A model generated the notes under the pieces. That model was given only the letters and a program-made list of their open reading frames with translations, did no database searches and was not told where the DNA came from. DNA of 63,887 nt, counting the filler, from Choristocarpus tenellus KU-1152 (Eukaryota > Protista > Phaeophyceae), in the NCBI GenBank assembly GCA_964200185.2. It is 6 parts of 6 records of this genome, joined end to end, with 100 filler letters (N's around TTAATTAATTAA, not from the genome) between each part and the next. Parts side by side here need not be neighbours in the genome. Positions count along the whole stretch, not along the records: positions 41,025 to 60,760 come from CAXNAD020000446.1; positions 60,861 to 63,887 come from CAXNAD020022843.1; 4 more parts are not named here. One strand, written 5' to 3'. This document shows, one piece after another, positions 51,401 through 60,946 of this stretch (positions are counted from its first letter, which is position 1; the number at the start of each line of letters is the position of its first letter). Made by a program: the position numbers and the translations under genes.

Positions 51401-52961
51401 AGTGTTAGGGTTTCGGAGGCTGTTTCTTTGCAGCGGGACAGTGGAAGTGCCCTTACCCTATTCACCTGCCGTGAATCTAATGGGGGGAGGGGGGATTACT
51501 GGGGATGTATTCTTGGAAAACATAAGGCAAGGATGTAGAGCTGTAACTTTAATAGCCGATAGAGAGTTGGAAATCGGCTGTGTTCATGACTTACAGTTAC
51601 ACTATAGGGTACTTGACCTTTGAAAGACTATACAAAGGCAGTCTTAGGCTACAAGTGAAAATGCACTGCTTTTATTGTAACATATTTATGTCTTTTTGTA
51701 GCCATGTGAGAACAACTACGATGGATGCCAATTTGCAAGCCCAACATCATTCTCAATCCTGTTTATCCCCCATGACCTCTCTATATTTACTTTATTTCCC
51801 CTCTGACTGCCTGCCCATCCCATCCCATCCCACCCCTCCTGCCCCTTTATCCCCCTATGCCATCACCTCTGCGCTTGTATCATGCCTTACCTGGAAGCAG
51901 CCTGGAAGAGACAAAATCTTTTGATTCTGGGCACAATGTGCTTTTACCCAAGATGGTCTGCTCGCTTGTCCCCTATGTGGTGAAGTCTTTGGCTTGTGGC
52001 AGTGGGCACACCCTGGCCCTGGCTATTCCTCGTCTGATGTCCTCTAGAACAGGTGGATGTTACATGTTCATGGCTCATTGCCCCCCTTGCTGACTTCTAT
52101 CTGACAAGTAGATTTGAACCTCCTCCTGTGTGATCCGCCACTAGTCAGCATATTAATATTGTCAGTGTTGAAATCCTTCAATGTGAAGTGAAGCAAGAAC
52201 ATTTTAAATCGCCCCAGCGACTGCTCTTGTGGGAGCAGAGTGCTCTTTTGTGCCCGCGTTTGTAGATGCCTGACTCTAGTCCAACCCACAAAGGACATCC
52301 ATTTCTGTCTTGAGTCTCTGGGCCATTGAAGGTGTCGATAGGGAGTAGCATATTGTCCAGGTGAATCTAATGGAGGCAAGACATAGAAAAAATGTGAATA
52401 GAATGTGAAACGGTTGCCAGTTCGGGTTCACTTGACTTGCATGCTCGCTATAGATTTTTTGTTTTTGTTTTGTTCTGACAATAGGTACAGGTGTCTAACG
52501 GCCTCGCTTCTACAGACATTTATACACACGGCCTTATAGCAGAGCTGGCTGATCCCCACTTCTTGTTAACTATTAGCACCTACTCCACATGGGCACCTTC
52601 TAATTTGTAACAGATCCTGTGGATGGAGAGGATGCTGGACAGGTACGCGGACCACATGCAGGACCTGGTCCCCCAGGATCTGGTTCGTTGGAGGACCCGA
52701 ACTTGGGACAAGGAGGTTCTGGGCTAGGATTTGGGCAAGATCCGGGACTGTATTTGAATTCGAAGTGGAGCTCTGGTGTGGACTCCAACCCTGGACATTG
52801 TCAGGTGGGTACAAGTCTGTTCGCAAGTCGTCTCCCTTGACCTGGATCAGCTCAAACTCAGTCGACTCTTCTTTTAAACATGGCAGTCACAGCAATGATA
52901 TCATTTGTTCCAAAAGCGAAAATTATATACCTGTTTTACCAAGCAGGGTCAAAACTCTTAA
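45479..52961 (+). CDS. RCC1-repeat (beta-propeller) protein, multi-exon
   Basis: Exons with RCC1 signatures: 45479-45617 (VLSFGVGFSYQLG), ~48262-48417 (ISCGRKHTMAL), 48759-48883 (TWGTGYFGQLGHG), 49202-49375 (VACGGYHSVAL..GRVFSWGFNRYGQCG), 49960-50040 (VCGRHHSAL..YTWGGSSFGK), 50283-50370, 50832-51117 (VYSWGYGTEGQGGHG), 51901-52052 (LACGSGHTLAL), 52614-52804. Exons between 45862 and 48260 and the final stop are uncertain. Confidence 0.85.
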
Positions 52962-54611
52962 AAATGTGACAGGGGTAGCAGATGCTGGAGCGGGAGGCAG
53001 AGCAGCAGGAACAGAAGCACCTCAATGTACTGTAAATTGTGCTGTCGATGTATTCTCATAATGTTAAGTTGAAATGGAGGTACATGTGTTAGCCTTACAT
53101 GTTTACTTGTGTTCCATGGAAGTTCGAGTATTTTGAACATTTGTAGATGACCGTAGAAGAGCAAATTGTGCCTATTTTGGAAACTGTTTTGGGCTCCTCA
53201 CGTGGTGGTCATGGGAGGATCGATCTGTAACATGTTGTCACTTGCAGACACAGGAAAGCTTACAGTTTGTGCCCCTTGTGTTTGTATGTGGGAGGAATGT
53301 TTAACTAATTATGTGCTGGTTGCTTGTGCTCTGTGCTGAATTTGTTGTGTGATTGCCGTTGGTTGTTGTTGCATCCTTTTTTTGTTTCGAATTGCTTGGG
53401 GTTTCTATTAGGATTATTATGTGATGCTAACTGTGTTATTTTTTTCACATCTCAAGAGTCTTGACAGCATCAATGCGCATGTGAAGAAGATAAAATGGTC
53501 AATGTTCTTGATTAAAACTTATTTTCTAGATTGGCACCTCCACTATGTCTATTGTGATACCAACACGGCTTGTAAATCGAAGTAATCATCATCAAGATAA
53601 GATGATCAACGATATCGGCACACTCTCTCTCTCTCTCACCCATTGACCACTATTCTCTCAACTACTACAAAAAAGAACATACTTCGTGTGAAGGAGTTTT
53701 TATGAACTCATCTGTTTCAGCTTGACTTCAAAACAGAAGGACCTGCTGCAGAATGAATACAAACCAAGTTGATAGACTTAGCGTACAAGCAATGAATTTA
53801 AAGAAAGGCATAGCAAAGTCCTAGGAGCCCACATGATGTCATGCTATAGAAGAAGTTGATGTTGATTCGAATGTGTCAATTAGTGTGAAAAATAGCCTAG
53901 ATCACAAATGGACACTTTTCGAGTTGTCCGTCTTATTATTAGGTGTAAGCCCACTGTGTGATTCACTACAACTTTGCTGGCGACATATGGCATTTTCTCT
54001 TGGTCACCGCACAACCCTTGTCACTGTTTGCACACATTAATTTTGAGTTTTTATTGAGTTGTTTTTGAGCCAATTTACACTAGTGAATGGTTTTGTGTCA
54101 GAGAACCATGCTTTAAAAACACCAGAGCAACTATCAGTGAATATATGTTGCGGATGTATGTGATGACCTCATCAAGTGTTCATTAGGTACCTCTATTTTT
54201 TTAGGTAAGGCAAATGAGTGCGTGTGAGGCAAGTAGACAGTGATTTTTGGATCCCACCCTCATGAAAAACGGGGTAGGTAGGACCTTGTAGTGACTGCAA
54301 TTTGCCAAGTGCAGCCATATTGCATTGTGGATCAAATGACAATGTACAGTTTCTGCATGTTCCTGATGACCTCCTATCAACCGGAGGACTGCCATGCAGA
54401 AATAAATATAGAAATGCAGTCTGATACCCTTATGTGTATGTATATGCAGGCTATATACATGGATGAGGAGAGGAATATTATTCTTATTTTAATTGTGCTG
54501 TTATACCCACTTGCACAAAGTAATACCCCTGAGCATGTGAAGTTATGGTTATTTTCCAAACTTGACTGTCATTAAATTCACAAAAACAGTATAACCTCTT
54601 AAAAGTTCCAC

Positions 54612-54896
54612 TTTTATTGGATTCCAACCAGTCAATATTGGAACTCATCTCAATTTAGGTCCGCCCTTCTGAGAATTTACAGAGATTTTATTCTCCTGCC
54701 AGACAACCCTGTTCCTGTGCCTGAGATGCAGCCAAACCAAATTTATATCATGTGGCTTTAGATGAGAAAATATAACTATCAAGTGTTCATTCACATAAGG
54801 GCAAGATCGCCCTCCAGAGTGCTAGAAGCCCTTATACCTGAAGGCAGTCACAGGACCCAACAGCTATTAGAAATATATTTTTCTGTTGGTTCTAGT
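54612..54896 (+). repeat. 285-bp direct repeat, left copy, abutting the left TIR
   Basis: ttttattggattccaac...cccttatacctgaaggcagtcac...ttctgttggttctagt is co-linear with 60155-60439. Confidence 0.92.
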
Positions 54897-55171
54897 AGGG
54901 TGTTTGTGCAGAATGAAATTCATTATGGTGCCTTTTCCCACAGCGGTAAGAAAATCTGCTACGAAAATCGGTATGCACAGAATTAAATTCGTCTGTGATC
55001 CAGAAAAAATACAAAAAACAAGAAACACCGCCCAAAGGTGACGTGCAATGCAAACCATCTTCAATGCAGTTAGTGGGCGCCCCGGCGACGAAAGAGCAGT
55101 CTACCGTAGCCTGTGCTAGCTTCCGTCTGTTTCGACCCTTCCCTAGATATTCCTCTCTTGTACTCAACACC

Positions 55172-56720
55172 ATGGCCTTAGCGATCTATGCACAGCTTGT
55201 ACATAGTACAAGGGTGCCAAGGATGGAGGGGATGACCGCTGGGTCTGTTGCCCATGCAGCCTTTGCCAGGCCAGGCTTCATCAATGCACCTGCCATGCAG
55301 GTGGAAGCATTGGGGTCAACCATACCCGGATTCCAAGGTCCCATGCCGCAGCAAGCCCCCCTGCCTTCCCCGATGACATCTGCCCAAGATAGTCAGGGTT
55401 CTTGGTCTCCTATTACTGGTGCTGTGGAGCATGGCCGCAAGAAGAAGATGGCATGGGGCATCGATGCGTGGATCAAGCTCATGAAGCAAGTAAGTCTCGG
55501 AAAATAGGAAGAGTGCTTACATGTCAACTTTAGGAACCGTGAAATACCACACTTCCTTGTCCCCTGTGTGGCTTTGCACAGGTTGTGCACATTAAGCCAC
55601 ACTTGGCTGTCCACGGGCAGCAAGGTGATGCATGGGAGGGTGCTGCTAGAGCGCTCATCCACAAGCCTCCCTTCGCTCTGGTGGGTGTCAACGGCGAGGC
55701 ATGCAACCGTCAGTACAGGAAGCTGGCCGCAATGTTCATGAAATACAAGGAGGCCAGAGAATGGGTCAGCGGCAACCAGGAAGGGCTACCTGATGAACTG
55801 CAGTGTCTTCTAAATGACACTGATGAGGAGGAGAGAGTGACTGCCGCGGAGAAGAGGGTCTGCGAGGCCAGACTGGCTGATTAGGAGAATAAAAGAGAGG
55901 CTCGCGCCCAGATCGCGAGTGTACTGTATTCCATAAGTGAAGTTTTGGCATTGCTTGCAAGTCAACAAGCAGCTGGTGAGTCAAAGTATCTTAGAGGGTA
56001 GAGCCACCTCCGTTTGGGGAGAAAATCCAATGTTGCGATTTTTGATATAATTTTGGATTTCGTGTTTGTTAGGAAGAGTCATTATCCTTGTTCCGGACAT
56101 ACGCATGATACCTACTCCAGAACGTATACATTTTACCTACAACTCCAAAATGTTTCGGAGTAGGAAAATGTCCTAAAAAACCCGTGGGAAGCCAAGCCCC
56201 AAACAGACAAACAGAGCAAAACTCGTACCCTCTAAGACACTTTCACTCTCTGTCACCAAAACCATTCCCCCACCCAAACTACCCCTCATAGGTGATTGAC
56301 GCTGCCAGGGCTACCGCTGGGAGCATAAACAAGCGTGCCAAAAAGGATTCCCGGTCTTTGGACAGTGACAGCAGCAGTTGTAGCTCCGGCGGCAGGGCTT
56401 ATGTACATGTAGAAGACGCTATGGCAAAATATATGTACGGTAAGATTTGGACCCCAGAGAGCATTGAGGCAGAGCAGAGCCTCAAGGAAAGGAAGCCGGC
56501 CCTCCTAGAGAAGACACAGAGGGACGAATTTCCCCTTCGCAAGGAGCACCAGAAGGCTACAATTGAGCTTGATGCCAAAAGGCATGCAGACAATGCTGCC
56601 ATGCAGACTTGAAGGATGGAGTTAGATGCAAAGGCGGAGGAAAACCGCGCCCAGGTACAGAAAGACGCGGTCAGCACTATGAAAATGGTGAACCTTCTGG
56701 GAAAGCACAACCAGAACTAA
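55172..56720 (+). pseudogene. Harbinger Myb/SANT-like DNA-binding protein gene; exons ~55172-55489, 55582-~55911, 56292-56720
   Basis: W..DAWIKLMKQ/VVHIKPHLAVHGQQGDAWEGAARAL...CNRQYRKL...SGNQE..DELQCLL followed by a coiled-coil tail. In-frame stops at 55882 and 56610. Confidence 0.75.
55978..56248 (+). mobile_element. MITE of the same family as 35800-36060, nested in an intron of the Harbinger SANT gene
   Basis: GAGTCAAAGTATCTTAGAGGGT...ACCCTCTAAGACACTTTCACTC; internal sequence co-linear with 35800-36060. Confidence 0.88.
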
Positions 56721-57170
56721 CTGGGGCACTGAATTGGAGTGGTTGGAACCGTTTTTGAGTTCAGCGCAGAGGTATAGGAAAGAGTATGAGGAAGCCTCTG
56801 TACCGTTCACGGTTGCAACAGCTGGTTGCGAAGAAAAAAAATGACAACAAACAAATAATAATTACAAAACAGCAGCATTGTATATCTACAGCTCTAAGGG
56901 CTATACTTGTAGGTGAACTCCACCATGTCTAGTGGTCACTTTAGCAATTACTTTTGCTGTTTGCCTCAACAACAATTGGGGGATTTTGTCGAGCAGGATT
57001 CCATGATGTCTCCAGCCGTAGTCTGCCAACGATGCCCCAACGTGCAGGTGAGTCAAAATAAATGTTTATTTATTATTATTTAACATCCTACTTGTCGCCA
57101 AACCTGAACATTGGAAACACGAGTCCCACTCCCCCCAGCTCTCCAACCCCATGACATGAGCTGACAGGCC

Positions 57171-58640
57171 TCAAGCAAAGTAGGCTTCAAGTGAAGGAGA
57201 TGGCATGTTGAAGTAAATTCCAGTTTGAAACCCGTACAAACAAGTGTGGGCGTTTGTCAGCAGGGCTGTGACTACGTAGTACATACCAACTGGCTGCAGT
57301 AGGAGCTTGAGGTTTTTCTTGAAATCTACAAAAGGGTACATCTGGACTACCTTGCCAAAGTCCCACTACACAGAAATCCTCACTCTCAACAGTTCCCTGT
57401 TATATGCCTTCTGGACTGGGGTGAGATTGGCACCTCTGAACCCACGAGAAACATGGGAGAGGATGGGGTATGCTGCATCCCCATACACCTGGTACTGGAA
57501 ATCCTGCCCCAGCTGCAACCTGGCTAACCGGTGGTTTAAGCTACTTTCTCGTAAAATACACGCATCATGCCTGCAGCCAGACATAGTCCCAAGTAGGTCT
57601 CCAATCATCCCATCCAGGAACTCCAAAAACTGGAACCCAAGTCCATGCGCCCTGTGGAGGCCGTCTTAGACCTCCCACGGCAAGTCCAGCTCTATGGACC
57701 TACTCAGCTGGGACATGCGCCAAAGTGCCCCATCTAGAAGTCCTATGATCATAGATCCTGACCAGGCAACTGCTCCTGGATGGTCGTCAACACGCATATT
57801 TGAAGGGGTTTGAAGTCAGGGCAGCAGCATGTTGCGCTATTGAGGGTCAATACATGCCCTGCTCAAGCAGCTGGACTTCAACACAAATTGCACACCCACA
57901 GAAACGCTCGAGACAGCAACTCCACCTTTGCATTCTATAGCCGCAGCCATCTGAGGGAAGAACGGCGCAAAGAACCCACGGTTGTCCTGGATGCGATGCC
58001 GGTGAGTCTGCCATACCGAGTCCTCGACCGTGTTGAAGAGCCAACTCAGTTGACTGTACTCAATGCTGAATTCCTTCGCCAGGTCGACCAAGCACCCTGG
58101 GTCTCTCAGCCTCCTAAGCAGTAATTAGGAAACCCTCATCCCCCGTAAATAGACTGCCATTCTTGCAACGGAACACAGACGGGAAGCTCATGACTTCAAA
58201 CAGCTGACAGAGGTGTTCCCTGCGGCACCTGAACCTCACCCAGGTCTCCCGAACACCCTCCAACTTAACAGAGTCTTAGGGGCGGGGGTCTAGGCACACT
58301 ATTGTCTATTTGGATTGTACACGCGTGACTGAGAAGGACCTCAGCCATCTCCAACAGATCCTTGAACCCCTTCTTCTTCACCCACAATCATCAACATCGC
58401 TGCAAGCCTCTTGTACCTATGGAAAGGTATTTGCTCACCCTCGCAGAGAGCCCCGTGCTGCAAGTGCAGGGAAATGTCGCTTATGTTTCTCCTCCTCCAA
58501 GAGGGCTCCATTACCTCCTCACTACTGTCCAGCTGCGTGACACCGTATACCAAGGCAGTTGCTCTGTGTCGGCCTCTAAAGAGTTTCGCCAACCTTCTCG
58601 CCTTGAGTGTTGCCCTGAGGGTCTTACCGAGGCCATAATG
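57171..58640 (-). pseudogene. Harbinger DDE (DDE_Tnp_4-like) transposase, frameshifted
   Basis: FRCRREHL..L..V...P..FRCKNG; DLAKEF...SQLSWLFN; GLLDG; GCRHDACILRES; VYGDAAYP; YNRELLRVRISV*WDFGKV...LLTNAHTCLYG...PSLEAYF. Confidence 0.88.
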
Positions 58641-58812
58641 CTTTTCATTATATTTTGAACTTGAAATGGGATATCTTACCACGCTTGGTAATGAAAAACA
58701 CTAAAGTGGTACCAATAGCTTTGCTCTGTGGCAATCTTGCTTTTTTTCACTGTCGGGTCAGGAGAGGTATTCATTAATATAAATATCAAGTGAACGCTTA
58801 TGTCAAGAGGGG

Positions 58813-59866
58813 TTGAAGATTTATATGCAGGAATGTATAATTAACTCCAGTGAACGTGAACTATATCCCAATCAAAGAATGACAAAAACGCGGGGGAATA
58901 ACTCCGGTGCAATTTTCATGGTCACAACCTCAAAAGGTACAATAATGAAGTGGTTAGCTGAATTGCCGCAAAAAAACTGGTCTGGGACAGACCCTGCCAA
59001 ATTACGGTGTGTTTGGCCCTACCGAAAAAAAATGCAAGATTCTCGGACATCTTTTAAACGCTTTTGCAGACTTTCTGTGAACACACACACAGATGGCCTA
59101 CGCACCAATGTGGACCACGTCGGTGAGAAAAGGAGAGCTGCCAAGGTCATTCTTCCCCCTGGATCTACCCTCGGCACCTTCTCTGTCGAGAGGCGACAGC
59201 AAAACAAGTACCATGTGAGACTCAGTGCGATAATAGGTATGAGAAAGTGTGTGTAATGTGGCGCAAGTAGCATGATCAAATCGCGAAATGGACCACACAG
59301 CTGCGGCATTGACGTTGAGAGAAGATTCATTGAAAGCATTACCACACAAGTGTGGTTGGATCTTCAACCAATACGGAGCACTGTTCTGCAGTCTCTGCCA
59401 CCTCGGGAAAGCAGGAAGAGCATGGCGAGTGCATCACCAGGGGGTACAGTGATGAAGTCTGCGGGGAAGCCTGGTCACGGCGGGCAAAGGGAGAACCAGA
59501 GTGGCCGGCCAAAGGGAAGGTTGGGGAGGAGAGCAGTACGACTGCGCGCCATTGCGCTCAGGAAACGCCTAAGCGAAAACCTGGGTGTAGAATATCTTAG
59601 TAGTCAACGAAAAAGACCATAAAACGTCGCTCGAGATGGCAGCAGGATACACGATGGTCACAGCGAAAACTGTGAGTAGATGGGAGAGAGACTTCCTAAC
59701 TAAGGGCAACATCAAGGTGTCGGAGCAAGGGCGTTACGAGAGGCGTTTCGCTCTCTGCCTCGGTGAGGACACCCTTGCCAAGGTCAAAGAGTGGGTCTGC
59801 ATATACACAGGAAGAAAGGGTAGCAAGGCTTTTTTCCCGCCTAAACCCTATACTTTAATCAAGTAA
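58813..59866 (+). pseudogene. Third, decayed ORF inside the Harbinger element (Cys/His cluster plus a transposase-like HTH fragment)
   Basis: ORFs 58813-59256 and 59272-59622 share one frame across a single stop (KCV*CGA...HSC). After a frameshift it reads AKTVSRWERDFLTKGNIKVSEQGRYER...EDTLAKVKEWV...GRKG. Confidence 0.45.
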
Positions 59867-60154
59867 TAGTGTATCTGTTGCCACTGTTGGTGGCCTATAA
59901 TCCAGGGTTCGAACCCCAATAGGAGCACACGATTTTCGAAAAAAGAAAAAATGTCGAAAAAACGAAGCCCGTACTCTGGAGGGCATTGTGACAGGCATCA
60001 CGAATATGCTTTTTTTTTAATGTGATGTCTACACCAAACGTTATAGCGGGACAACCCCAGAGATATGTGCTATTGATACCACAATACCAGGAGAACGCTG
60101 GGTGATATACACAAGACTTTCCGATAGTGAATTTTATTTCTGCGCAAACACTCT

Positions 60155-60439
60155 TTTCATTGGATTCCAACTGGTCATTATTGGAACTCATCTCAATTTA
60201 GGCCTACCTTAATGAGAATTTACAGAGATTTTAATCTCCTGCCAGACAACCCCGTTCCTGTGCCTGAGATGCAGCCAAACCAAATTTGTGTTATGTAGCT
60301 ATAGATAAGAAAAATATAGCTATTAAGTGTTCATTCACATAAGGGCAAAATCGTCCTCCAGAGTGCTAGAAGCCCTTATACCTGAAGGCAGTCACAAGAC
60401 CCAAAAAGTGTTAGATTTTTTTTTTCTGTTGGTTCTAGT
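60155..60439 (+). repeat. 285-bp direct repeat, right copy, abutting the right TIR
   Basis: tttcattggattccaac...ttctgttggttctagt is co-linear with 54612-54896. Confidence 0.92.
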
Positions 60440-60760
60440 GAGTAGTAGTAGCAGTAGCAACTGCTTCAGTTGACCGTATTTTCGTGGCTCTTTCTGTTAC
60501 AGGCGAATAGCGCGAGCATTTCTTCTTGCATTTCAACAAAGTTTGAGCATTTGTTACACGCGAATAGCGCGAGCATTTTTCTCCTTATGTGTTAGGAAAT
60601 ACGAACATTTGTAATAGACATACAGTGTGAAGATTGTTTCTCGAGCTCTAACAAGTGCGAACTATATACGATATTAGTAGCACATAGGTAACCTTACAGA
60701 ATAAGTGATAATTTAAAGGAGATGCAGAGTAAGATTCGGAATACCTACGTAACATTACAG

Positions 60761-60860
60761 NNNNNNNNNNNNNNNNNNNNNNNNNNNNNNNNNNNNNNNN
60801 NNNNTTAATTAATTAANNNNNNNNNNNNNNNNNNNNNNNNNNNNNNNNNNNNNNNNNNNN
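60761..60860. other. Artificial contig linker
   Basis: N44-TTAATTAATTAA-N44. Confidence 0.98.
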
Positions 60861-60946
60861 CCACTGCCATCACCCACTTCCTCCCCATCCACGAAGTGAA
60901 GTCCAATTCCAAGACCACCCTCACCCTTCACAAACACCAACCTCAC

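Larger units (their letters stand above)
54897..60154. mobile_element. PIF/Harbinger DNA transposon, ~5.26 kb, decayed, with ~30-bp TIRs
   Basis: Left TIR AGGGTGTTTGTGCAGAATGAAATTCATTAT (54897-54926); right TIR reverse complement AGAGTGTTTGCGCAGAAATAAAATTCACTAT (60124-60154). Encloses convergent Myb/SANT and DDE transposase genes. Confidence 0.85.

Noticed and set aside
55976-55983. MITE terminus creating an intron donor (GTGAGT), introner-like
   Set aside because: The reading frame already stops before this point and the likely donor lies near 55912; the MITE simply sits inside the intron.
54612-60439. LTR retrotransposon, with the 285-bp repeats as LTRs
   Set aside because: No TG...CA ends and no gag/RT/integrase; the interior has TIRs and Harbinger genes.
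21787-60860. TTAATTAATTAA motif repeated five times as a biological site
   Set aside because: Always centred in 88 Ns, so it is an artificial six-frame stop linker. ORFs running into the Ns are artefacts.
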